From: Candidatus Spongiisociaceae bacterium
Lineage (GTDB): Bacteria; Actinomycetota; Acidimicrobiia; Spongiisociales; Spongiisociaceae
Assembly: GCA_965262915.1 (NCBI GenBank)
Contig: OZ253564.1
Location: 384,001-448,000 of the forward strand
Direction of reading: 5' to 3'
DNA length: 64,000 nt
Below, one piece after another: positions 1 through 9,425 of the stretch; position 1 is the first letter of the stretch, and each line of letters begins with the position of its first letter. Position numbers and translations under genes: made by a program. The notes beneath the pieces were generated by a model. That model was not told the origin of the DNA. It made no database searches and saw nothing but the letters and a program-made list of their open reading frames with translations.

Positions 1-375
1 CGAAAGGACCGCCCCGTCGAATCCGCCGCTGCGTGATCGCCACACCGGATCGGTTCCGTAGGGGAGCGGCCGGTACATCGCCAAGTCGCCGTCATGCTGC
101 ATCACCAGCCTGTGGGCGCCCGTACCGGCGGTCCCGGAGGACCACAGCAGCGTCGTATCCCGGTAGAGGACCAGGTTTCCATCGTGGCGAAACACGAGAC
201 TGGACCGGCCGTCGGGCGAAGCGACGGACTGCCCCAGCGCCAGTACCTCGCCTGCTTCGAGCACGTTGTCGGCAGGAGAGGACTCTCCGGGTACGCCTAG
301 GGCAGCCGCACCCACCGACCAGACGAGGGTAAGTACGGCCGCCACGGCACTCACCGCGACCGTTCGTTTAGTCAT
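1..375 (-). CDS. Secreted protein with bulb-type (GNA/curculin-like) mannose-binding lectin domain; 5' part only, runs off the window
   Basis: Manual translation from ATG 375: MTKRTVAVSAVAAVLTLVWSVGAAALGVPGESSPADNVLEAGEVLALGQSVASPDGRSSLVFRHDGNLVLYRDTTLLWSSGTAGTGAHRLVMQHDGDLAMY. It has a signal peptide and two QxDxNxVxY-like repeats. Not in the ORF track because there is no stop in the window. Confidence 0.85.
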   Translation of the reverse strand, partial: MTKRTVAVSAVAAVLTLVWSVGAAALGVPGESSPADNVLEAGEVLALGQSVASPDGRSSLVFRHDGNLVLYRDTTLLWSSGTAGTGAHRLVMQHDGDLAMYRPLPYGTDPVWRSRSGGFDGAVLS

Positions 376-555
376 TAGGCTCGGGACGGTATCCCGGTCA
401 GCTACGGAATTGGTGGATTTCGATCCGTGATCGTAGGCGTTGTTAGCCTGGTCGCGTCTTTCGCCGGCGGCCACTGCTCGGTCGGCGGCGGGGCAATCGA
501 AGGGCACGGGGGAGTTGGCATGGGCGGTATCACGATCTTCCACAACCCGCACTGA

Positions 556-605
556 ACCTCGTCTCGGAATGCCTTGGCGGTCGCCGAGGCGAGCGGCGTC
601 GAGGT
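556..605 (+). promoter_or_regulatory. Putative bacterial SECIS hairpin directly after in-frame TGA 553-555
   Basis: Upper stem GCCTTGGC/GCCGAGGC (571-590) with apical loop GGTC 23 nt after the UGA; lower stem ACCTCG/CGAGGT. Confidence 0.7.
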
Positions 606-620
606 GGGCGTGGTGCTTTA

Positions 621-718
621 GGAGAATGCTGAGAGACCCCCCGTTGGCCCGACGGTCGATGACAAATGCCATGTCACCGGACGACGGGCCAACCAATTAC
701 CCGTTTTCGGCATTCTCC
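621..718. mobile_element. MITE family A copy inserted in arsC
   Basis: TIRs GGAGAATGCTGA / TCGGCATTCTCC; TA duplicated at 619-620 and 719-720; related copies elsewhere in the window. Confidence 0.85.
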
Positions 719-970
719 TACATGAAGACACCACCGGACCGGGCGACCATCGAGCGTCTGGTGTCGATCATCGAAGACCCGGTGGAGGACCTGGTCCGCA
801 TGGACGCCAACTTCAGAAAGCTGGGTCTGGTGGCAGGCGACTACGTGGACAACCCGGACGCGGTGGTCGACCTCCTCGAGCAGCGCAAGGCGTTGATGCA
901 GCGACCGCTGATCGTCCGGGACGGCCGCGCCGTCGTCGGAAGGCCCAAGAGCCGCGTCACTCGGTTCCTA

Positions 971-1072
971 GGAGGGATGCGGGAGTCCGTTCCGGACACT
1001 CGGAATGACCCGTCCATCCCACCCGGCAGGCCCGGGGCGACCGAGAACGCGAAAAACATCCGACAGGACCCC
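971..1072. mobile_element. Possible degenerate MITE at the arsC 3' end
   Basis: 102 bp, TA-flanked; left end GGAGGGATGC resembles the family A TIR; right end only weakly complementary. Confidence 0.3.
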
Positions 1073-1353
1073 TACCCGCGGGCCCTCCCCCAACCGCCAC
1101 CTCCTCGGCTCCGGCCGCGTCCCTCCCTCCCCGAGAGGGTCGGCTTCGACAACATGATCCCTGCCTCGGTCCGGTCGGTACCGGAAACGGACCGGCGGTG
1201 TTTGCGGTTACCTACCAGTGTGCAACGGGACTGTGACAAGGTCAACCCCCTTGTGACGGCGCGCTCGGTCCGGGGTTTCTATGGGCGGTTCGGCGTGGCC
1301 ATCGTTCACCGACGCGGGTCCTGAACACACCGAACCAAGGACTCGGGACAGTA

Positions 1354-1514
1354 GTGGTCTGTCTGTGAAATGGCGTCGTGGCATGCGCCGGCAGCGGCGT
1401 TCCTCGCAGGCCCGCCGACGAAGGCGTACCCGCAGCGTACGTTGAGGAAGCGGGGCGCAGGGAGGGGCGTCGCCGGCATGCAGGGCACGGCAACTTGTAT
1501 TGCAGACAGACCAC
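1354..1514. mobile_element. MITE family B (long form with internal hairpin)
   Basis: TIRs GTGGTCTGTCTG / CAGACAGACCAC; a shorter inverted copy lies at 10124-10193. Confidence 0.7.
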
Positions 1515-1592
1515 CAGATCCGGAGGTCTTGGCGGCGACTACCCCGGCCTTCGGGACGCGTTCGCCCTATCGCTGCTGCCACACTGTCCCCC

Positions 1593-2291
1593 ATGATCGG
1601 CTCCCTGCGTGATGACCTGATCGCCCGCCTCTCGGCCGCCGGCGACCCGGAACGCGCCAAGGGTCAGCAGCGATACATGAAGTCCGGCCTTCCATTTCAC
1701 GGCGTCCGGGTCCCCGAAGTGCGCCGTGTCGCCCGGGCGACGATCCGGGATCACCCGATACTCGACGCGGGGTCGTGGCAGCAGGCGGTCCTGGGGATAT
1801 GGCGGTCGGCCACCCATAGGGAACAGCGCTACGGCGCCATCGAACTGGCTTACGCGCAGGCCTACCGCTCCTGGCTGCGGCCCGGCTGCCTGGCGATGCT
1901 GGAGGAGATGATCGTCACGGGCGCCTGGTGGGACTACGTGGACCAACTGGCGGCGAAGCACCTGGGCCACCTCCTGGCGTCCTACCCTGCGGACATCCGC
2001 CCGGTGTTGCTGTCCTGGGCGGAAGACGACGACATCTGGCGGCGCCGCACCGCCATCCTCGCCCAACTCCGCTTCAAGGCCGGCACCGACACGGACCTCT
2101 TGTTCTCGGCCATCGAGGCATCGATCGAAGAAAAGGAGTTCTTCCTGAGGAAAGCCATCGGCTGGGCGCTCAGGGAGTACTCGAAGACAGCTCCGCAGGT
2201 GGTCGCCGACTACGTGGCCTCCAACCACCATCGGCTATCCCCTCTGAGCCGGCGTGAGGCGATGAAGGTCATCGAGCGGCAGCGGACCTGA
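1593..2291 (+). CDS. DNA alkylation repair protein (AlkD-like HEAT-repeat family)
   Basis: Motifs YMKS, WWDYVD, WRRRTAI, EFFLRKAIGWALREYSK. Confidence 0.9.
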   Translation: MIGSLRDDLIARLSAAGDPERAKGQQRYMKSGLPFHGVRVPEVRRVARATIRDHPILDAGSWQQAVLGIWRSATHREQRYGAIELAYAQAYRSWLRPGCLAMLEEMIVTGAWWDYVDQLAAKHLGHLLASYPADIRPVLLSWAEDDDIWRRRTAILAQLRFKAGTDTDLLFSAIEASIEEKEFFLRKAIGWALREYSKTAPQVVADYVASNHHRLSPLSRREAMKVIERQRT

Positions 2292-2331
2292 CGACCGATC
2301 TCCAATAGGGAGCCGGGTTCGTCCGCCGGCC

Positions 2332-2739
2332 CTATCCGGGGATCCGGACCGCGGTGACGCACGTGGCGCAGATACGGGACCCGACCCGAGCGGTCTGGCG
2401 GCACACCACCCTCCGGCAGTCATCCTCCTCCTCGACGGAGAACACCTCGCCGGCGATCTCCACCCGTTCCCCCGCGTAGATCATGGAGCGAAACCGGAGC
2501 TTCATCGAGACGATGCGGGCGCGGGGATCGAAGTGGCGATGCACCTGCCCGGCGAACAGAGCCCCCAGCATCTGCCCGTCCACCAGCGGCGCAGCCAGCC
2601 TGCGCTCCTGCACGTATTCCGTGTCGTAGTGCAGGCGGTGCCAGTCCCAGGTGGCGCCCGCGTACATGACGAGACGGGCCTGGTCGAGCACACGGCCGAA
2701 GGCCGGAAGCGCATCACCGGGCTCGAACTGCGGGGACAC
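2332..2739 (-). CDS. MaoC-family dehydratase (hotdog fold, catalytic subunit-like)
   Basis: YAGATWDWHRLHYD and G(QM)LGA motifs. Confidence 0.85.
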   Translation of the reverse strand: MSPQFEPGDALPAFGRVLDQARLVMYAGATWDWHRLHYDTEYVQERRLAAPLVDGQMLGALFAGQVHRHFDPRARIVSMKLRFRSMIYAGERVEIAGEVFSVEEEDDCRRVVCRQTARVGSRICATCVTAVRIPG

Positions 2740-2740
2740 C

Positions 2741-3226
2741 TCAGATCTCCTGGAAGATGAGCGTCTCGCGGTTGACGGCGATCAGCTGGTCCTGCTGGTT
2801 CGTGTACCGGGCCTCCGATACCAGGAAGGTCAGCCGCCCCGACGACCCGTCCTTCTGGTACACATCGGTGATGGTCCAGGTGGCGGTGATCACATCGGTC
2901 GGGTAGAGCGGGCGGTGGAACTCGTACTCGTGCCCCCCGCGGATCATGCGGGTCCCCTCGATCTCGATCCCCCAGGAGTGTCCGGGATATCCGTCCGCAT
3001 CGGGCTCACCGGGCATGTACTGGTTTGTCTCGCACACGAAGGTGGGCGGGGCTATCACATCCTCGTACCCGTGCTTCCGGGCGTACTCCGCATCGACATA
3101 GAGGCGGCACGGATCGCCCACGGCCCTGGCGAAGTAGCGGATGGCGGCTCTCCCCACCTCCTCGGGCGCGGTGTACACGGCGCGGCGGCCTACCAGGCCC
3201 TGCACGCCGCCGGTCGCCGAACCCAT
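2741..3226 (-). CDS. MaoC-like dehydratase N-terminal-domain protein (partner subunit)
   Basis: AIRYFARAVGD...IAPPTF...YEFHRPL motifs; adjacent to the MaoC gene. Confidence 0.85.
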   Translation of the reverse strand: MGSATGGVQGLVGRRAVYTAPEEVGRAAIRYFARAVGDPCRLYVDAEYARKHGYEDVIAPPTFVCETNQYMPGEPDADGYPGHSWGIEIEGTRMIRGGHEYEFHRPLYPTDVITATWTITDVYQKDGSSGRLTFLVSEARYTNQQDQLIAVNRETLIFQEI

Positions 3227-3403
3227 CCGTGGCCTCCTACCCCGATACCGTCCCGGGCCCCGGCGGACCGACCGGCCTACCGATCACGAGTGCCGTCTTC
3301 CGGGCGCGGGCCCGGTGGGTATTGTCGCGCATCCGATCCATCCCGCGGGACGGCTGGTAGCGACGCGACGCCTTTGGCTGCGCGGACACCCGCCGGAGGG
3401 CGA

Positions 3404-4921
3404 TCATGGTTCGGCATCCTGCGTCCCCGACCGGCGCCGAGCCCGCCGGCTCATGCTCCGGTCCGCCTTGAACAGAGAAAGCAGGATTCCACCTCCGACC
3501 GCGAGCGCCCCGGCGCCGATCACCGCCATCACCACGGTATGGGCGAAGAACGAGGCGTCCGCAGAGGCGGCCGCCAACGCCTGATCGGCCCCCTCCGGAA
3601 CGACCCCGAAGCTCACGGACGAAGCCCGCGCGACCGCATCCTCCCGTCCGGCGATCGCCCCGCGAAACCTGGCCCGCGCCACGATCGTAGCCATCGCTCC
3701 GAACAGGGTTATCCCGACCACGCCGCCGAGCTGGCGGAAGGCCGACAGCGCGGCGGCCGCCGCCGAGGTCTGCTCCTCCGGAACCCGCCTGACCGCCGCG
3801 GCACCGACGGCGACGAAGAACGCGCCGCTGACGGCCCCTGCCAACCCCATGGCCACCGGCACGTATACGCCCACCGGCCCGGTGGGGCCTGCCGCAGCAA
3901 GGAGGAAGGCGGCCAGGCCCATCACCGGGAGCGCGACCGCCACGGGCATCCGGAACCCGATGCGATCGGTCACATGGCCACCGATCAGAGCGCCGAGAAG
4001 GGCCGTCGCCGAGAAGGACATCATGAACCACCCGGTGGCCGAGGGTGAGAACCCGCGCAGGGCCTGGAGGTAGATGTTCAGAAGGAAGATCAAGGGGACG
4101 CCGGCGGCGTTCAGGGCGAAAGTCGCCACCAAGACCGGTCCGAACGACGGTCTCCGCATGAGCCTCAGATCCAGCATCGGGTGCTCTACCCGTAACTCGT
4201 GGCGAGCGAACCACACCGCGCACGAGACGCCGACGACGAGAGCCGCCCCGATAGAGGCCTGCCCGAACCCGCCGCGACCGCCCTCGATCAGCCCGTAGCA
4301 GAGCAGCGACAGCGCCCCGGTGCCCAGGGCGATACCCCTGAGGTCGATCTTGCCGGCTTGCCTGCGGGGATCGGCCGGCATCCACAGCCACGTCCCGGCA
4401 GCCCCTACCGCGGCAACCAGCAGGAAAGGAAGGAAGACCGCGCTGAATCCGAACGATTCGACCAGCCAGCCCCCCAGGATGGGGCTGATCGTGAAGCCCA
4501 CCGACGAGATCGCGGTCCACAATCCCAGTGCCCTACCCCGTTTCTCGGGCGGGAAGGCCAGGGCCACCATGGCCAGCGAGTTGGGAGCGCCCAGCCCCAT
4601 ACCGACCCCCTGCGCGATCCGGCCCGGCAGCAGGACCGACATCGACGTGGCCGACCATGCCACGACCGTCCCCAGCGCGAACACGCCGTAGCCGGCCAGC
4701 AGCGCCCGCCGCCGTCCGTAGAGGTCCCCTATGGCGGCGGATGTGGGGAGCAGGGACACGAGGGCGAGCGCGAAGGCTGCCACCACCCACTGGAGGTCGG
4801 CCAGCTCCGCCGACATCCGGACCCCGATCGAGGGGAGCGCTATGTTGATCATCGAAACTTCGAAGCCCTGGATCATGATCGTCGGGGTGCAGGCCACGAA
4901 GACCTTCCATCGGGATCTCAC
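3404..4921 (-). CDS. MFS transporter, DHA2/EmrB-like (14 TM)
   Basis: GDLYGRRR motif A. GTG 4921 start chosen by alignment to the paralog N-terminus (VRSRWKV vs MRLRWKV). Confidence 0.9.
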   Translation of the reverse strand: MRSRWKVFVACTPTIMIQGFEVSMINIALPSIGVRMSAELADLQWVVAAFALALVSLLPTSAAIGDLYGRRRALLAGYGVFALGTVVAWSATSMSVLLPGRIAQGVGMGLGAPNSLAMVALAFPPEKRGRALGLWTAISSVGFTISPILGGWLVESFGFSAVFLPFLLVAAVGAAGTWLWMPADPRRQAGKIDLRGIALGTGALSLLCYGLIEGGRGGFGQASIGAALVVGVSCAVWFARHELRVEHPMLDLRLMRRPSFGPVLVATFALNAAGVPLIFLLNIYLQALRGFSPSATGWFMMSFSATALLGALIGGHVTDRIGFRMPVAVALPVMGLAAFLLAAAGPTGPVGVYVPVAMGLAGAVSGAFFVAVGAAAVRRVPEEQTSAAAAALSAFRQLGGVVGITLFGAMATIVARARFRGAIAGREDAVARASSVSFGVVPEGADQALAAASADASFFAHTVVMAVIGAGALAVGGGILLSLFKADRSMSRRARRRSGTQDAEP

Positions 4922-5066
4922 GCCGGGCCGGTGGAGGGCCGGAATCGTCCACGCCCTCTCCACCCTCTCCACCCTCTCCGGGAGCCGGCCATGCTCCCGA
5001 ACGGGTCGGCCTCCATGGAGTCACCGAAGGTCATCACCGGCCGGCGGGTCTTGGCCGCGAAGGTCG

Positions 5067-6674
5067 TCATCCCGCGCCGGACCCTCTCCCGGAAGCACCG
5101 TCCACCGGAGGCGGACATCCCGGTTCACCTCGCTCGGGACCGGGACGCCGGTGCCGAGGGCGGGGGCCTCGAGGCCGGCTCGGGCCTCGTAGCCGGCCCG
5201 TCTCGCTCCCGGCGCCCTTCGCCAGCAGCAAGCGCACGAGCAAGGCTCCCACGACCAGCGCGCCCGCGCCGATCACGATCATCACGACGCCGAAGGCAAA
5301 GAGTGACGCATCCGAATGGGCGGCGGTCAGCGCCCCGTCAACGCCCTCGGGAGCGGTGCCGAAGCTCATCGACGAGACCTGCGCGGCGGCATCCCGGCGG
5401 CCGGCGATCGCGGAACGGAACCTGGCCTTGGCCACCAGGGTGGCCAGCGCGCCGAATACGGCGATCCCGAACGCGCTTCCGAGATGGCGGGAAACAGACA
5501 GCGAGGCGGCCGCGGTCGAGGTGCGTTCCTCGGGAATCCTGGTGACCGCCGCCGCGCCGGCGCCCACGAAGAAGGCTCCGTTGACGGCCCCTGCCAAGCC
5601 CATGGCCGGCAGCAGGTAGCCCGCAACCGGGCCGGCTCGGCCCGCCAGACCCATTGCCAGCGCGCTGAGACCGATGGCCGGGACCGCGACCGCGACCGGG
5701 AACCGGAAGCCTCTCCGATCAGTGACATACCCGGAGATCGGAGAGCCGATCAGTGCCATCCCCGAGAAGGCCAGCATGACGTGGGCCGTAGCCCACGGCG
5801 AGAACCCCCGGAGGGCTTGGAGGTAGATGGTCAGCAGGAAGATCGAAGCGCCGGTGGCCGTGTGCAGGGCGAAGGACGCCAGCAGCACGTGCCCGAACGG
5901 CGGTCGCCGTATGAGCCGCAGGTCCAGCATCGGGTGCTCGACCACCAACTCGTGGCGAGCGAACCACGCCGCGCAGAGGAGACCGCAGCCCAGAGCCGCC
6001 ACGATGGAGGGTCGCCAGAACCCGTCCCGGCCGCCCTCGATCAACCCGTAGCTGAGCAGGGACACCGCCCCGGTCGCGAGGGCGACGCCGGCCGGGTCGA
6101 GCGGTCGGCGCTGCCTCGGCGCATCGGCCGGCATCCACATCCACGTCCCGGTGCCTCCGATGACCGCGAAGGCGAGCGAGGGGACGAAGACCGCGTTGAA
6201 CCCGAACGACTCCACCAGCCAGCCGCCCGCCAGCGGACTCATCGTGAACACCACCGACGAGATCGCGGTCCACAGCCCCAGCGCCCTACCCCGTTCCTCC
6301 CGCGGAAAGGAGAGCCCCACCATCGCAAACGAGTTGGGAGCGCCGAGCGCCATTCCGATCCCCTGCGCGATCCGGCCCCCCACCAGAACGGCTATCGACG
6401 TCGCCGACCACGCCAGCGCCGACCCGAAGGCCAGTATGCCGTATCCCAGGAGCAGTGCGCGTCGGCGGCCGTACATGTCACCTATGGCCGCGGACATGGG
6501 AAGCACCGACACCATGGCCAGAGCGAAGCCCGCCACGATCCATTGGAGGTCGGCCAACTGGGCGGAGAGTTCCTCACCCATGGAAGGGAGGGCCAGGTTG
6601 ATCATCGTGACGTCCAACCCCTGGATCACGATGGCCGGCGTGCAGGCGACCACCACCTTCCAGCGCAGTCTCAT
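5067..6674 (-). CDS. MFS transporter, DHA2/EmrB-like; tandem paralog of 3404-4921
   Basis: GDMYGRRR; colinear high similarity with the neighbouring MFS. Confidence 0.9.
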   Translation of the reverse strand: MRLRWKVVVACTPAIVIQGLDVTMINLALPSMGEELSAQLADLQWIVAGFALAMVSVLPMSAAIGDMYGRRRALLLGYGILAFGSALAWSATSIAVLVGGRIAQGIGMALGAPNSFAMVGLSFPREERGRALGLWTAISSVVFTMSPLAGGWLVESFGFNAVFVPSLAFAVIGGTGTWMWMPADAPRQRRPLDPAGVALATGAVSLLSYGLIEGGRDGFWRPSIVAALGCGLLCAAWFARHELVVEHPMLDLRLIRRPPFGHVLLASFALHTATGASIFLLTIYLQALRGFSPWATAHVMLAFSGMALIGSPISGYVTDRRGFRFPVAVAVPAIGLSALAMGLAGRAGPVAGYLLPAMGLAGAVNGAFFVGAGAAAVTRIPEERTSTAAASLSVSRHLGSAFGIAVFGALATLVAKARFRSAIAGRRDAAAQVSSMSFGTAPEGVDGALTAAHSDASLFAFGVVMIVIGAGALVVGALLVRLLLAKGAGSETGRLRGPSRPRGPRPRHRRPGPERGEPGCPPPVDGASGRGSGAG

Positions 6675-6795
6675 GGCGGAGTCCTGGATACAGGTCGGGT
6701 CAGCGGGGCGGGGTACCCGGCCTCCCGGGGAACATGACACCGGCCGGCGAAGACCCGTGGCGGGCGGACCGGAATCGTCACGGGTCCGCTTCTCC

Positions 6796-6875
6796 TAGGA
6801 GAGTACTGAACGTTCCACCCGCGGCCCGTCGCTCAACCACGAACTGCCTGGTCAGCGGGCGGCGGGCCGGCAGCA
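6796..6875. mobile_element. Degenerate family A MITE remnant
   Basis: TAGGAGAGTACTGAA...GGCCCGTCG...TGCCTGGTCA aligns loosely to the 621-718 and 60250-60322 copies; no right TIR seen. Confidence 0.35.
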
Positions 6876-6879
6876 ATCC

Positions 6880-8301
6880 TCATCGTTCGGCCTTCTCCCG
6901 GGCCGGTGGGGGACCGGGATCGTCCATGCCTTCTGCGAGGGCCAGCTCCCGCAAGATGGCGAAGGCCTCCGATCGCCCGTACGGACCGTCGTCGATCCGC
7001 TTGTCGAGCAGTACCTCGAGAAACGAGCCCACCATCGGGCCCGGACCGATCCCCAGGTAGCCCATCACGTCATGGCCGTCGACGGGCGGGCGGAGCGCAT
7101 CCAGTTCCTCCCGGGCACGGAGTAGCTCTATTCGTTCCTCCAACTCGTCGATCTGGCGCTGGATCCGCAGGGCCCGGCGGTCGCTCCGGGTGGTGACGTC
7201 ACACCTGGCCAACTGGTTGAGCTTGGGGAGCAACTCCCCGGCGTCGCGAACGTAACGTCGTACCGCAGAGTCGCTCCAGCCCATCTTGAAGGTGTGGGCT
7301 CTCATATGCAGGAACACGAGCTCGGCCACGTCCTCGATGATGCTCTTGGGATAGCGGAGCCGGCGGAGGCGAACCCGCGTCATCCGGGCCCCCACCACCT
7401 CATGGTGATGGAAGGTCACCTTCGGACCGTCGAAGTGGCGCGTAGCCGGTTTTCCGACATCGTGGAAGACGGCCGCCAGCCGCAGCACCAGGTCCGGTTC
7501 GGTCTTGGCCATCACGGCCAGCGAGTGGGCGAGAACATCCTTGTGGCGGTGGTCGGGATCCTCGGTCATGGCCAGCGCCGGGATCTCGGGAATGAACCCG
7601 CCCGCCAGCCCGGACTCGATCATCAGCGTCAGGGCCGGCGCCGCCCGCTCGCCCACCACCAGCTTGGAGAACTCGTCCCGGATCCGCTCGGCGCTGACGA
7701 TTGCCAGGCGATCCTTCATCACGGACACGGCCGCCAGATCCCCACGGTCGGGGCGGAAGCCCAGCTCGGCCACGAACCGGAAGAGGCGCACCATCCGGAG
7801 CGGGTCGTCGGAGAAGGACGCCTCCGGACCGATCGGGGTACGGAGCGTCTGTGACGCTATGTCGACCACGCCCCCGAACGGGTCGGCCAGGGTGGGGGCG
7901 TCGCTACCGAGCTTCAGCGCAATGGCGTTGACGGTGAAGTCGCGCCTCGCCAGGTCTTCCTCGATGGAGCCGCCGAAGGTCACTTCGGGGCGGCGGCTTC
8001 CGGGCGAGTAGGCCTCCGCCCGGAAGGTGGTGATCTCGCAGCGGATTCCATCCCGCACCGCGCCGATGGTCCCGAACCGCTCGCCGACTCCGTACAGGTC
8101 GTCGGCCCAATGCCGGAGCAGCGCTCTCATGCGTTTGGGACGGGCGTCGGTCGCGAAGTCCAGATCCGACGCCTCCCTGCCCAGCAGAGCATCGCGAACC
8201 GACCCTCCGACCAGGTACAGGTCGTGGCCGGACCTCGCAAAGAGATCGGCCAGATCGCGGGTGAGGCCTTGGCCGAGCCACCTCAGGCGTTCGGGGATCA
8301 T
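6880..8301 (-). CDS. cca: CCA tRNA nucleotidyltransferase with HD domain
   Basis: LVGGSVRD, DLDF, RRDFTVNA, DDPLR motifs plus HD (FHDVGK); conserved actinobacterial position. Confidence 0.93.
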   Translation of the reverse strand: MIPERLRWLGQGLTRDLADLFARSGHDLYLVGGSVRDALLGREASDLDFATDARPKRMRALLRHWADDLYGVGERFGTIGAVRDGIRCEITTFRAEAYSPGSRRPEVTFGGSIEEDLARRDFTVNAIALKLGSDAPTLADPFGGVVDIASQTLRTPIGPEASFSDDPLRMVRLFRFVAELGFRPDRGDLAAVSVMKDRLAIVSAERIRDEFSKLVVGERAAPALTLMIESGLAGGFIPEIPALAMTEDPDHRHKDVLAHSLAVMAKTEPDLVLRLAAVFHDVGKPATRHFDGPKVTFHHHEVVGARMTRVRLRRLRYPKSIIEDVAELVFLHMRAHTFKMGWSDSAVRRYVRDAGELLPKLNQLARCDVTTRSDRRALRIQRQIDELEERIELLRAREELDALRPPVDGHDVMGYLGIGPGPMVGSFLEVLLDKRIDDGPYGRSEAFAILRELALAEGMDDPGPPPAREKAER

Positions 8302-8302
8302 C

Positions 8303-8335
8303 GTGGTCAGTGGTCAGTCGTCGATAGTCGGTAAG
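8303..8335. repeat. Short degenerate heptamer tandem repeat (GTGGTCA-type)
   Basis: gtggtcagtggtcagtcgtcgatagtcgg; related arrays at 10940-10966, 11050-11076, 30710-30725 and 45955-45977. Confidence 0.55.
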
Positions 8336-8408
8336 CATACATTATGTATCGTTGGGCGGTCACTTCCGTCCGGCAAATGACCACCGGCCAGCGGCAACCG
8401 GCCCTTGC

Positions 8409-9425
8409 TCAAGATAGGTCCCAAACCTTGCCGGCTTGGGAGGCCACCCAGTCGAGGATTCGGAAGGCGATCTCGGGCGAGCGGAGGCGGCGGTCCTCTT
8501 CCGGCGCCACCACTCCGGAGGCGCCGGAGAGGGTGGCCGACACGGAGGTCCGGATGGCGTCGCGGTCGTAGCCGCCTTCCATGAAGAATATCGTCCGGCC
8601 GGGTGGCGTCACCGCGGCCAGCGCACCGGCCATGAACGCATAGTCGGATGCCACCAAGCTCAGTTCCGCCAGCGGATCGTCGGCGTGGGCGTCGTAGCCG
8701 GCGCTCACCAGCAGCCAGTCCGGCCCGAACCCGGACACCACCGGGACGATAACTCGGGGAAAGGCCAGACGGTAGAGATCGCCGGCGGTTCCGGCCGGAA
8801 GGGGCAGATCCAGGGTGGTGGCAGCCCCCGGACCGGCGGTCATGTCGACTAGGCCGCCGGTGCCCGGGTAGAACGGGAACTGGTGGAGCGAGACATAGAG
8901 GATGTCCGGGCGGGACTCGAACATCTCCTCGGTGGCGTTCCCGTGATGAACATCCCAGTCGATGATCGCCACCCGCTCCCCTCGTTCGACCAGCATGGCG
9001 GCTGTCACCGCCACGTTGTTGAACAGGCAGAACCCCATCGCCGTGGACCGGCGAGCATGGTGGCCGGGGGGCCGCACAGCCAGGAAGGCCGCCTCCGCCC
9101 GGCCCTCTTCCAGCCTGCCCGCCGCAAGTGGACCGGCCCCCGCCGCCCGCACGGCTGCCTCCCACGAGGCTCGCACCGCCCTGGTGTCCGGGTCCAGCGC
9201 ACCACCGCCGGTGGCGCAGAACCGCTCGATCCGGTCCACGTAACGGGGGGAGTGGACCAGCTCGAGGAGTGCCCGGTCGACCACGGGCGCCTGCTCCTCC
9301 ACCACCTCCACCGGAGCCTCTCTTACGCCCGCGGCCGCCGCGTCCAACCGGGCCGGCCGCTCAGGATGGCCGCGCCCTGTGTCATGCAAGCCGAAGGCCG
9401 GATGGGTAACGAGCAATACGCGCAT
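8409..9425 (-). CDS. Histone deacetylase family protein (Zn-dependent deacylase)
   Basis: HPERPAR, RPPGHHA, GFCLFNN, DWDVHHGN, SAGYDAH, EGGY. Confidence 0.95.
   Translation of the reverse strand: MRVLLVTHPAFGLHDTGRGHPERPARLDAAAAGVREAPVEVVEEQAPVVDRALLELVHSPRYVDRIERFCATGGGALDPDTRAVRASWEAAVRAAGAGPLAAGRLEEGRAEAAFLAVRPPGHHARRSTAMGFCLFNNVAVTAAMLVERGERVAIIDWDVHHGNATEEMFESRPDILYVSLHQFPFYPGTGGLVDMTAGPGAATTLDLPLPAGTAGDLYRLAFPRVIVPVVSGFGPDWLLVSAGYDAHADDPLAELSLVASDYAFMAGALAAVTPPGRTIFFMEGGYDRDAIRTSVSATLSGASGVVAPEEDRRLRSPEIAFRILDWVASQAGKVWDLS

Larger units (their letters stand above)
520..975 (+). pseudogene. arsC: Selenocysteine-type arsenate reductase (glutaredoxin-type ArsC family), interrupted by a MITE at 621-718
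   Basis: SD GGAG then ATG 520: MGGITIFHNPH-TGA-TSSRNAL, matching ArsC YHNPxCxTSRN with TGA at codon 12. Removing 621-720 restores VVLYMKTPP...MQRPLIV...GRP. The 3' end is approximate. Confidence 0.85.

Noticed and set aside
440-1324. 294-aa ORF as a single real protein
   Set aside because: It is a chimera of off-frame upstream DNA, MITE sequence, the ArsC C-terminal half and repeat-derived read-through.
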